From: the human T2T-CHM13v2.0 reference genome, Homo sapiens
Length of the DNA stretch: 64,000 nt
Assembly (NCBI RefSeq): GCF_009914755.1
Contig: NC_060927.1
Strand: one strand, 5' to 3'
The notes beneath the pieces were generated by a model. The model worked only from the letters and a program-made list of their open reading frames with translations. It was not told where the DNA came from and did no database searches. Below, piece after piece: positions 11,791-23,279 of this stretch; position 1 is the first letter of the stretch; every line of letters starts with the position of its first letter. The position numbers and the translations under genes are program-made.

Positions 11791-13048
11791 TCATCTGTCC
11801 TCTCTGGTGGGCAGGTATTCACCTGGTCTATTTTTCAGAAGGTGAGAGAGAGAAAGGAACTAGCATCTTGTTCCTGGTCTGGGTACCAGCCAACCCACTG
11901 GAGCTGCTGATCTTCCCCCATACTAAGTGAAGGAAAAGCACAGGGGCAGAGTAGAGCAAGGAGATGGTATGATGGTGCTGAGGGAGGAAATGAATTGCCT
12001 TCTTGAGTTCCTAATTTCTCAGTGATACTGAAGATAGATCATCACAACTACAGATCTTAGAACTGGAAATACAGAGAATAGATCATATTAGAGGCTTCTT
12101 TTGGGGGATCTCTGCAGTGTGAGGCAAAGAGACTCATGCATTAGAGAGCAGCTGCTGGGTGTCAGTGGAAGATACAGTTGCATTTTTTTCAGGAACCACT
12201 AAGGAAGGGAGAATGGTAGGGATGGATTCCCCCAGTTCCTTAATGGGGCCAAAGGAGACCTCTGTCTGCCTCACTGAGCACGTGGACTATGTGGACCATG
12301 AGACAGATCAGGCATCTAATCCAGGAACAGCCCCAGTTGGGGGATGTTCATGTAAGGAAATAGTGCATTTGGCCAACAATGAAGAAGACAGCCAATTTGC
12401 CACAGCAGCCACAAAAGGAAATAACTCTTTTCTCTTCCTCCTTCCCATGGAGACAAAAGAAGAATAAGTGTAAGGAAGAAGGAGATATAGGAAAGACAGA
12501 GCAGATAATATTGTCTGCAGACTACTGCAGTGTATGGGGGCAGTGGGAAAATTCTGAATTGAACACAAGTTCTTAAGTAGTACAGACTATCTCTTAGTAA
12601 CCCAAAGGGATTTCTTTTTTTTAAATGGAAAGTGATTGTAAAGTTATGGAATCAGGATGAAGTATCATTAAGGATGTCCACCAATATGTAGGAAAAATTG
12701 GGAGGTTTGGTGATCACAGTTGGTAGTAGTTACCGGAAAAATAAAAGAATTTCATGTTTATACCTTGATAAGTTCAAACTGCTCAGTCCAACTAGCTATA
12801 GTTTATAACCCTTATAAATCTGGGTTTCCACCTGGCTCAGTCTGGAAGCCACATCTTGTTCAAGGGTCATATTTTCAAAGCCAAAGTTATTAAAAAGGAA
12901 TTCTCTTCTCTATTTGAATTTTGGAAATCTGCAGTAAGACCAAAATACAACAGTCCATAGCAGCTCTTTTCAATCAACCCTCTCATTTTACAATCATTCC
13001 GGTGCCTCTCACCTCAAATCACTTAGAAATTCCTCTACCTCCAACATC

Positions 13049-13051
<3 letters not shown>

Positions 13052-13088
<37 letters not shown>
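13052..13088. repeat. (CT)n microsatellite, about 18 units
   Basis: Direct inspection. Confidence 0.97.
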
Positions 13089-13091
<3 letters not shown>

Positions 13092-13389
13092 TTCAGTACT
13101 TTGTTATTTAAATTGCCTTTAGTCATTTTTCTTTCTTTTTTTTTTCTTCTTCTTGCTTATCTTTTCTCTACTCCCCCCGCCCAGTTCTTCATCCAAAAAG
13201 CTCAGGGAACTAGTTGGGGGAAGATGAACTCTTCACAGAAGGTGTTTAAACAGATACTGGAGCAGGGCATGGGAAGGAGAACAACAGAAGGGGGAATTCT
13301 CCTTGTCAGGTAGGCGGTAGCATTGGCATGGGGGTAGGGATGGCTACACATACTCAAACAATATTACTTTTTAATCATAATGAAAAAAA

Positions 13390-13595
13390 TTTAACATTTC
13401 CTGGTGTTTACAGTTCACTAACATTTATACATTCCTTATCTCAACTGATCTTCAGGGCCCTGAGAGTGAGTGTTATTATGCTCACTGTGCAGGTGAGGAA
13501 TCTAGGCTCAGGTCGGAGAAATGACTTGAATAAATTAGTAGGATAGAATTTCAGAATTTGAACCCAGGACTCCTGACTTTGTCCAGTGCTTGGTG
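13390..13595 (-). mobile_element. MIR
   Basis: GCAGGTGAGGAATCTAGGCTCAG...GAATTTGAACCCAGGACTCCTGAC. Confidence 0.75.
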
Positions 13596-14258
13596 CTTGT
13601 TCTCCTCTGTTACCTCTTTCTCCAATATCTACTTTATTCTCTCTGCCTGCTGTTCTCTCAGAGGGTAATTTTTTTTTTCTCTTTATCGCACTCTTATCTG
13701 TCTCCCGTACTATTTTGATCCCATTGGCAATTTCCTTCCTGATTTGAAACCACATGGTTCTATTGACCAAAAAGCAACAAGGACTGAGAACTCTGTTTTT
13801 TGTTGTTGTTTGTTTTTTTATCTACAGGAGAAGACTTTTAAGGAGCCTTCTTCATCGAGTGCATTCTCCTGAGAATGGCATATAGATTTGGTCTGCATGT
13901 TAACATGACTCACACAAAGTGTGGCTGAGAATCAAGGATACAGACTTTTTAACAGACACTTAGCAAGAAAAGTGTTGAAGTCCTGGGGGTCCTGTGATTG
14001 TCTGGAATGTTCTGAATGTTTGTTTTGTAGTGTTTCTCAGAGCTAGTTTATAAGCCACATAAGATAATCTATCTAATTTTTTTTCTTACTTAAGCCCTTT
14101 TTGGACCAAGACAGGGTTACTTGGCTTACTTAGTCCATCACCTTGTTCATCAGGCTTTCGTCTGCTTTAAGGATGAAATTTACTATCAGAGGACAAATAT
14201 TTTATATAATCGAAGATAAATGTCTGTCTGTATGTCTCTCTCTCTCTAATCTATCTAC

Positions 14259-14547
14259 TTGTTATTATTTTTTGAGACAGTTTTGCTGTCCAGGCTGGAG
14301 TGCAGTGGCCTGATCATGGCTCGCTGTAGCCTCAACCTCTGGAGTTCAAGAAATCTTCCCACCTCAACCTCCCAAATAGTTGGGACTATAGGCATACCAC
14401 CATGCCAGGCTAATTTTTTGTGTCTTTTGTAGAGATGAAGTTTTGCCATGTGGCCCAGTCTTGTCTCGAACTCATGAGCTCAGGTGAGCTGCCTGCCTTG
14501 GCCTCTCAAAGTGCTGCAATTACAGGAATGAGCCACTGCATCCAGCC
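14259..14547 (-). mobile_element. Alu, J-type
   Basis: GAGACAG...TGATCATGGCTCGCTGTAGCCTCAACCTC...AGCCACTGCATCCAGCC; flanking TATCTAC repeat as TSD. Confidence 0.92.
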
Positions 14548-15769
14548 TATCTACCTATCTATTAATCACCTATTTCTATTAAAATACCCAAAAGCCTCCT
14601 AGGGTAATTAGATGTGCAGGTGCAGAAACATTGCTCTGTAGTCATGTGACATTCCACATGACTAATATAGGCCTGAACTGAAGGATGTTCTGTGACATGG
14701 GGCAAGTGACTGGCTGCTGACTGTTGGGTGGGTGGGAGGTGAGGGTAGAGGGAGGAGCTCTTGTAGACCCCCAGGAGCTTCTAGCTTTAGCATGGGAAGT
14801 GAAGCAGCTCTGGATTCCGAAGGGTAGTACTCCCCTGGAGATGGTTACAGTTGTAACTGGCAACCTGGGACTGAAGAAGACAGAAGCTGGGGGGCAGGGA
14901 CACAGACTCCATCAAAGGCATCTGAGGAGCCAAGCACCAACATGATCTGATTGGCCATGCATTTGATCACATTGTCATTAGGGCAGGTGACAAAACAGGT
15001 TTGACCATTTTCACTGAAAAGTCTTTACCTCAGCATACATGTCTGAAAGGAAATGTTCTTTTTTCTTTTTTTCTTTCTTTCTTTTTTTTTTTTTACCTTA
15101 GTTGAAGGACAGTTGAAGAGGATATTGAGGTGGCATTTCTGAGTACTGTTTGGGCAATGCCATTTTATAGGCAGTAAACATTCTTGGAGAGATTATTATT
15201 TAACCTACTTGCAATAGAGTGAAATTGAATTGCTTACACTTTTTTTTCTTCTTCTGAGCACCACTCTTAGTATTCTGAAACATTAAAATAGGCAGAAGAA
15301 CAATTCCATCTGCAGGACTTAATCAGCATGTGCCTTTGTTGGGCCTTCCTTTCCTTAGCTTGCCACTTGAATTTGGTTGATGGATTCATCCCTGGGTCTG
15401 ACTGACTGCTTGTTCCCCTCTTTGTTGTGAAACCAAGTGACTGACACACTTCATGTAAGTCTGTTGTCACTGAGGAAGAACAAGATAACAGGAACCAGGG
15501 GAGTGGAGAAGAGGGTGAGTTTCTGAAATGACCCCATACATTCTGTGTACTGTGTAAACTGTGGTGCAGCCCCAGGGAAAGGTAGACCTAAAAGTCAAGG
15601 AAACCTACAAGGTGAGCGAGGTCCCTTGGTTAACATTTTGCTAGTTTTGTTAAACATAAATCAAATATTTTATTATTTGTGAGATCCACTTAAAATAATC
15701 CCAATTTTGTACTGTGGTAGATTATGTGTGTATCAATAATGCATATAATTTCACGTAAGGCATAATGGA

Positions 15770-16247
15770 TGTATTCGTTTCCTGTGGCTGCTATAACAAA
15801 TTACCACAAACTTGGTGACTCAAAACAAAAGGATTTATTCTTTGACAGTACCGAAGGCCAGAAGTCCAAAATCAAGGTGTTGTCAGGCCCACACTTCCTC
15901 TGAAGATTCTAGGGAAGATTCCTTCTTTGCCTTTTCCAGCTTCTGGTGGCTCCTGGTGTTCCTTGGCTTGTGGCAGCATCACTTCAACCTTTGCCTCTAT
16001 CTTCACATAGCCCTCTCCTCTTCTGCCATGTGCCTCTCCTCTGTGTGTCATATTATAAGGACAGTTACTAGATTTAGCACCTATCCAGATAATCCAAGAT
16101 AATCTCATTTTAAGATCCTTAATTTAATTACATTCACAAAGACCATTTTTACAAATAAGGTTTGTAAAAACCTTATTTGTAAAAACAGGTTCTGGGAGTC
16201 ACATGTGGATGTATTATTCGGTGGGGGGCACCATTCAACCCACTATG
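15770..16247 (-). mobile_element. MLT1C-like MaLR solo LTR
   Basis: TGTATTCGTTTCCTGTGGCTGCTATAACAAATTACCACAAACTTGG...CCATTCAACCCACTATG; TSD ATGGA/ATAGA. Confidence 0.88.
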
Positions 16248-16314
16248 ATAGATTTACTTATCTTTTTATACATTTTTAAATGTCTGATCTTTGGCATCTG
16301 AAATTTGTTGTAAT

Positions 16315-16560
16315 TATGAACTAACCCTTACTGAGCCCTTTCTCTGTGCCATACACTTTGCAAAGCCCTTGAACTTATTGTTTTAAAACAATTCTATGAT
16401 GTCACTCTTATTTTTATCTCCACTGCACAGATGAGAAAGATGAGGTTTGGAGAAATTAAGTAATTTGTGCAAAGTCACAGGGCTTGTGTGATTGTAAGGG
16501 GTGGGGCCAAGATTAAGTCCACATTCATCTGTTTTGAACCTGAACCCTTAATCAGCATGG
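16315..16560 (-). mobile_element. MIR
   Basis: ACAGATGAGAAAGATGAGGTTTGGAGAAATTAAGTAATTTGTGCAAAGTCACA. Confidence 0.8.
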
Positions 16561-17084
16561 TGCAGAAGAAATAAATGCACATTAAATGTCTTAAAAACTT
16601 CAATTAAAAAACAAATACTTTTTCCCCTTAACCTCTTAAACATTTCTGGTAAGCAAGTAATCTTAACACACATGCATTTCCTGATAATCCACGTGCTTAT
16701 CTACATCCAAAATTTAATGTATATAGCAGAACTCGGTAAATGAATTTATTTTTAAAAAACATATTACATCTCTAGGAAATAATTAGTGGTGGGTAATCTT
16801 TCTAAAATAGTTCTAAAATTTGGAGAAGGGCAAAAAGCTAAGTTTTCCTAAGCAACATTGAATTCCCCAAATTTCCCTCAATGTAGGTAACTAATTGAGA
16901 TAGTGTGGTAGTAACACAGAACACAACACACCTACAATCGAACATTTCCTTGAAATCCAAAATTCTCGTTTGTGATTTTTTTTTTGGCTTTTCTGTCTTA
17001 CAATAAATCCAGGAATTTTAAATTCAGTTTGGCATGTGGATTACCTGTAGGCAAGAAGAAATAATAGGCAATTGTTTTAGTGGA

Positions 17085-17420
17085 AATTGCAGTGGATTAT
17101 GAATCTAGACAAGACTTCTTAGTCTGATGTGAGTTACAAAGTAGTTGGTATGACTTTTCAGAAGGTCGCTTCATTTCTCTAAGCCTCAGTTTTCTTATTT
17201 ATAATAGGCTGGATCAATGGTTCTTATGTTTCTTTGGTCTTTGATGATTTCATAATAGCTATGGATCGTCTTCTCACAAAAATTTCCATACACAATTTTA
17301 TATACTATAGAAAATTCATGTGTTTGCTGCAGCCCTTTCATGAACGCCCTGGTTGTTTGTGGACCCTGGGCTAGACCGTCTCTAGAGTCCCATTTAGCTC
17401 CAATATCGTAGGATTCTTTC
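17085..17420 (+). mobile_element. MIR3-like SINE, interrupted by a hAT MITE
   Basis: TTCATTTCTCTAAGCCTCAGTTTTCTTATTTATAA...CTAGACCGTCTCTAGAGTCCCATTTAGCTC...GGATTCT. Confidence 0.65.
17215..17368. mobile_element. hAT-Charlie MITE (Charlie4z-like)
   Basis: CAATGGTTCTTA...ACCCTG termini; 8-bp TSD GGCTGGAT/GGCTAGAC resembling the hAT CTAG-centred target. Confidence 0.65.
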
Positions 17421-18451
17421 AGTACTGAGATTACTTTAATATATTTGATAGAGAAATATGTGTGACTCGTGAAACAAAAATCCTTCAACAAACAGAGAAT
17501 GAGGTGAAGTCTGTGTGAGAGATGATGGAAAGGCATCTATTTTACTATAAGAGAAAAACGTAAACATTTTGAAAGTGCTCTTGGACTTTGAAGACCTTAT
17601 AAAAGTCTTTCAAAAATTACTCTGGCACATATTGAAGGATCTTGACTTCTGAAAGGTTTCAACTTTCAATTTTTTGTAAAATTACATTTTCCATCTGATG
17701 CCAGAAAGTCAGTGCTGCTTTTGTCACAGCCAGAATCCAAGTGAAATGGCTGCTGGCAGTTCCAAGGAGTCAGAAAAAGTTCATGTGGCACAGGGAGGAT
17801 GCCCCGTGCACAAAGAAGCTGTGCTGTTCTTCCAGGGTGGGTTTGTGTGCGAGCTGGCACTCTGAGGATGCTAACTTGTCACTAGGGGAGATGCCCAGGA
17901 GATAAGATTCTCCCTACCACCACACACTACGCAATTGTTAGAGCTTATATGTCAAAGGATTAACGCTTTTTTCCCCTGAACTGGTGTTCTCATTAAAGCC
18001 CTATTGTTTTGCAGTTTGCAGTCTCCACCTCCACATTCCCCATAAAATCCTTTAGTTTTGTAGCCTTTTGATTACCAAAAGTTTGGTTGTCCGTGCTACA
18101 GCACTCTTAAGATGCGTATACATCGAGAATGAGATTCTGGTGGTGTTTGTCCTCAGTCACTTGTTGGAGATGACTGACAGGCGGTGAGAGATCAGGTCAG
18201 CAGAGCTGGGCTTGTGGCTTGGTTTTTCCTTGGGGCTCATGCAGTTTATTATAATCACTATCTTCGTCAGCCTTGTTTGAGTATCAGGGTATGTAGGTGT
18301 GTGTCTACACACACAGGTGTGCTTGAGATTCAGGATCATGAAGGACAACCAAATGGCACAATTCCCCAAGGCTAGAAAAAAAGAGAACTAAGAATTGAAC
18401 CCTTAATTCCAAATTAACGTCCAAATCTAATCTTCCCCCATTGCTCCAAAG

Positions 18452-18665
18452 CAACACTGTCCAGTAGAATTTTCTGCAGTGATGGAACTCTTCTTTATCT
18501 GTGCTATCCAATATGGTAGCCACTAGTCACACGTGGCTGTTAAGTACTTAAAATGTAGCTAACATGATAGAAAGTGGAATATTGCATTTTATTTAATTTT
18601 AATTAATAAAAATTTAAATATAAATTGCCACATATGACTAGTGGCTACTGTACTAGACAGAGAAG
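18452..18665. mobile_element. MER3 hAT-Charlie MITE
   Basis: CTGTCCAGTAGAATTTTCTGCAGTGATGGAA...ATGGTAGCCACTAGTCACACGTGGCT...ACTAGTGGCTACTGTACTAGACAG. Confidence 0.85.
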
Positions 18666-19384
18666 CTCTGGATGGTCCTTTCTGATTTTGGTTTTATAGA
18701 ATAGTCTCCAAATATGAGACCTTGTGTCTTACATCACTGTCATCCTTTTGATGGGCAAACCTAATGATCAACTTAGAATTTAAAAAAGCCTTAGCTTGTC
18801 TGTATAAATGAAGATGTGCTCCATTACTGCCTGCTCAATAGCTTTGTTTCTCAGTAATATTTACACCCATCTTTAGGTATATGTGTCACACACACATCAA
18901 AGCAGTTTCCTAATGGGTGGCCCTTGTTTCTTACATGTCCCTGTAATTTCTGCCTTGGTGGTACCTGCCAAACACTCCTTTTTCTACCCTTAGAGTTTTT
19001 TGTTCTTATTCCATTCACTTCAAAATATCATTACCATTGCAAACAAGGAAAATGTGTTTATCAGAAACTGCAAACTCCTTTAGGGCCTCATAGGATTAAT
19101 CACGGTTATAAAGTTTTATTAAACACAATTTTTGTTTAATGACAAGCTCCACCAGTCCTTCCCATTCCAAACCAATCCTGTCCTAAGGGTGAATTGCGCT
19201 TAGCAGATTGTTTTCAACAGATTCTTCAAGACAATCCCTATTACTTTGTCATGCACAGAGATATTTTTCTTCCTGGATAATTTGAACTTCCTTAAAAATC
19301 ACATCTGTTTCATACTTTATTTATTTGTAATTTAAATCCTTAAATTGAATCTTTCATTACTAACATCTGGGCTTGAAATGCAGC

Positions 19385-19677
19385 CCACTTGAAAAAATAC
19401 AAATTTTATTTTATTTGTAGTTACCCCCCTTCACTCGGTAGCACTGGTACAAACATTCTCTGGCCAGAGGCAAAACAGCCGGGTATCTTAAAGCTGTGAT
19501 GCTGTACCACGTGTAATGTGGCTCACTTGATTGTCCCTGAAGTGACTGGCAATTTGCCCAGAATTAGACTGAATGCACGTAATAAGCTGTAGAATTTCCA
19601 CAATATTGACAATTAGATATCTGTATACAGCAGCAGCTGTGTATTGTTCTCATGGTATGGTCCCCTCAAAGCACCTC
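19385..19677 (-). ncRNA. Candidate terminal exon of a minus-strand non-coding transcript
   Basis: Acceptor TTTTTTTTTTCTTTTTAG|GAG (AG at 19679-19678); overlapping AATAAA at 19415-19405 and again at 19325-19316; prediction only. Confidence 0.4.
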
Positions 19678-20017
19678 CTAAAAAGAAAAAAAAAACCTGG
19701 CAGAAGGTTGCAGGCAGCAGAAAGGTAATATACATTGTATGAAATATCTCAAATTCAGATTAATAGGGATGTTTCTATTAGCACAGTTTTCTGCAATGGA
19801 AATCATGGCTGAAACAGAATGCTTTGGAATAGGAGTTTATAACACCACATCTGTATCGGGTAATTGCTATATTTTTAGCATGTTTCGGAGGAAGATACCT
19901 TTTCTCATTTCCATTCATTGTGAAAGGGAGAGAATTGTATCACCAGCGCTTCTGGTGCGTTTCAAGTCTTTAAGAGCGAGCAGTTCTGACCCTGTGGACA
20001 TGTTGACATGCTCTTAC

Positions 20018-20246
20018 CCTTCTGAAATGGCTTTGGTCGTTTAAAATAACTCTCACTATCCCTGAATGGAAATTAGCCCCAAGAAATCATCTTGTTTGTG
20101 GACAGTTTTGATGAAAAAGAGCCCAGCTTCTAATTTGCCATTTTTGCACTCTTAATACACAGAGAGCCATTCAGATAAACATGAAAACATCTCTCCGTGT
20201 TCCACCATTTTTCAAAATATTTCTTCACCAGCTCATTGTTCCATGA
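20018..20246 (-). ncRNA. Candidate internal exon (229 nt, stops in all three frames)
   Basis: TTAATATTCTCTTTTCTTTTCTACAG|TCA acceptor; AGG|GTAAGA donor; prediction only. Confidence 0.45.
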
Positions 20247-20714
20247 CTGTAGAAAAGAAAAGAGAATATTAAGGAATTGAACTCATAGTTTCTTACTGTC
20301 TAGAAGCCACTGCCCACAGTCCTAAGATTTGAACATTATTTTAAACCACACGTTTGAAGTTTGCATTATGAATGGCTAATCTTTGATATTTTGCCCAGTG
20401 GATCTGGGGCAGACTGTTGTTGTCTGGAGCCAGACTCGGTAAACTTTGGGTTTTTTGCTGTTTGTCTCCTTGCAATAGAAATGAATGTTTTAAAAGAAAG
20501 CTGCTGTTTTTAGAAAAATACCATAAAACCTTGGGAACAATAAGATGTCATGTTTTCTATTGCAGATCTTAATTTATCAAGCTAATTACCAACAAAATGT
20601 AGCTAAATTGCTGATAATCTTGAGACTGATTAATTCAGCAACGAGACATTGTTGGGTTCTTTAAAGGTTAGCAGTAGTATTTGGGTAGTGTAGTAACATA
20701 GGATTCTTTCTCAC

Positions 20715-20800
20715 CTCAAATTTTACTGACTCCTTCTTTTAGAAAACTCCACATTATTAAAAATGCATTCAATTTTGGTCCAACACATACATTGATTTCC
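20715..20800 (-). ncRNA. Candidate internal exon (86 nt)
   Basis: TTTCTCTTTTTCTCCTCTAATTTGTATTAATAG|G acceptor; GAG|GTGAGA donor; prediction only. Confidence 0.35.
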
Positions 20801-21004
20801 CTATTAATACAAATTAGAGGAGAAAAAGAGAAACCAAATATTAGAAACTTGTATTTTCTTTCCCACAATCCAGTTTAAAATCCTATCTTTTAAAACTTAT
20901 TTATATTTATACTTCTATTACTTTCCCTTCCCTGAGTTGAGTCTTTAGTAATTGCTTATTAATGATTGCTTTTCGTATTGAAAAAGCATCAGCAGATGGA
21001 GTGG

Positions 21005-21160
21005 GAGCTCCCTTCTAGGAATCAGGAACTCTGAATTCTCCAGTTTCAGTTCTGCTCCTAACAAGCTGAGCGACTTTTAGGCTAGTTGTTTTGCCTCTCT
21101 GAGCTTCAGTTCTCCCAAATGTAGGCAAAAGTTAGTAGAACTTGATCTAGAAGATCCAGC
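21005..21160 (+). mobile_element. MIR/MIR3
   Basis: AGGAATCAGGAACTCTGAATTCT...TTCTGCTCCTAACAAGCTGAGCGAC...CCTCTCTGAGCTTCAGTT. Confidence 0.7.
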
Positions 21161-23154
21161 TTATCAGAGAGTCAGGGTGAAAATTACCATGGACCCTGAG
21201 GTCAGCTTTGGTGATGGCCGTTTCTTTTCCCAGGTGCAAGAAAGATACTTTCTTGGCACCCACTTCTACCAGTCTTGCCCTCTGTATTCACCTGCAGCTG
21301 AATCAGTGCCTAATGAGGTCAGATCATGATGTGTATGCCTGTGAACTGAAGACAGGGCTGAGACGGCATGAAATGTTATCGCTTGGGTGTTTCTATTGCC
21401 AGCAGCATAACATTGAGTCCCTTTGGTGCCTAATGTACTCTAATAAAGGAGGTTAAAGAGCCAGTACATTAATTGACTCCCGTCCTAAGTCCCTTTTATA
21501 ACCTGTGCTATCAGCATAAGTACAAGTGTGGTGTAGTAAGGAATATCATTATGAAACAGATTTCCTGAGAGAGGAATTAGCTGGCTCTGGTGGGCATCCC
21601 TGCTGTAATGAACACACTTCTGTGTTTATGAATACAGTTATAGATGTATTCTTAACAATTCTGCTGGGGAACAAAAGCTTTCACTGGATAGCCTAACGGA
21701 GCATTTTCTTTGACTGGTTTTTGAAGGGTTAATTTGCAGTTTACTATTGAATAACATAAAATGAGCTGTAAATAATGTAATGATACGTATTGTTAAGCTA
21801 CATATACTATACCAGGTGCTAGTACACCCACTCCTCACTTAGATATAATCTGGGGCAGTCAACAAACACAGATGTATTTTAACAAAGAAAGAGAGAAAGA
21901 TAAAGACAGAAAGAACAAGAAAAAAAATTAAATCATATGTAAGATAATTTAACCAAGATAGAGATCCAGGTAAAACTTGGCCCATTTTTTTTTCCCTCAG
22001 AGTAGCTTCCCTGTACTGGGTGAAATACAACAGCATTTTGGCTTGTTTTTGGAACACACACGAGCCAAACACGTGGGAAACACCTTGACAGGCCTTTTGT
22101 ATAACTACAAGGAAACTGATAATCCTAAATAAATTACATGGGAAAAATATGAATCTTTGAATACTAGTAATTATAATGGTTATTTTTCACTTTTGTAGCA
22201 CCTGCAAATGATGTATATATAACAAAGCTTCAAAAAGCTCTAATTAACTTTTTATTTTTTTCCATTTACTGGCTTTAACCAGTTTGCATTAATTGGTAAT
22301 TTATATCTATATATTTTTACCAAATATTTCTATTACTTTTGAGTGGCTGGAAATCACACATTATTGAATTTATTTTCACTGAATTTGTTTTTAATTTTTT
22401 TCAGCCATTTGCTCTAAACTTCTTTCTGCCTGCCCTGCTCTACCAAGGGGGTGGAGGGAAGTAGAAATTTCTGTGTTGAGCTTATGGGCAAGAGAGACCC
22501 ACTCTTGCTTCTACGGTGCAGTGACATGACTTCTCACTAATAGTGCCAGTCAGAATTCCTAACTGCTTCTACCAAATGTGCGAGGGCTCTGTTTGGAAGA
22601 CCTCCAGGCTCAGCTTTTCCACAGATTACTCTGGGCTATTCATGGCACAAGATTAGTCTGACCACCATGAAGACAATGCTTTGTTCTGCTTTAGGGCTTA
22701 GGAGAAGTCAGACCCAGATGAAGCAGACCTCTGAGGGGGTCTTAAAATGGACACCAAATTTAAAACCTTCCAATTTGCAATTCTGATTATTCTGAAATTA
22801 GCCGATTGCTGCCACTTTGGGTGGCAATGCCAGGGTAAAAGGGAGCCTAAGACTGTCTGGGGGCTAAACTTGTGACCGGGGAAGGAGAAAACAGGCACTA
22901 CTTACCTCAGGAAATTTGGGGGAAGAAGGAAACAACCCATAGTTTTGCTTCCTCTCTTTCTCTTTGTGATTTTGTTTGGGTTTAAACGGACATCTGGGTG
23001 CCCCTGTCATCTACGCAGAAGTCTATGTGGTGAAAGGTTTTGACAAGCTTTCACTTACCAGGGAAGAAAAACAATTACCGTCTAGGGGTTGGACTAGTAG
23101 TAACTTGGGAGGGCATATTTACCTCCAGAAATCTGAGTCAGGAGGAATCAGACC

Positions 23155-23156
<2 letters not shown>

Positions 23157-23216
<60 letters not shown>
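23157..23216. repeat. Perfect (GT)30 microsatellite
   Basis: 60 uninterrupted bases, counted directly. Confidence 0.98.
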
Positions 23217-23218
<2 letters not shown>

Positions 23219-23279
23219 TGTTTTTCTTTTTTCTTTCTTTTTTTTTTTCTTTTAAAGAAAGAACATTTTAGCTGCTATC

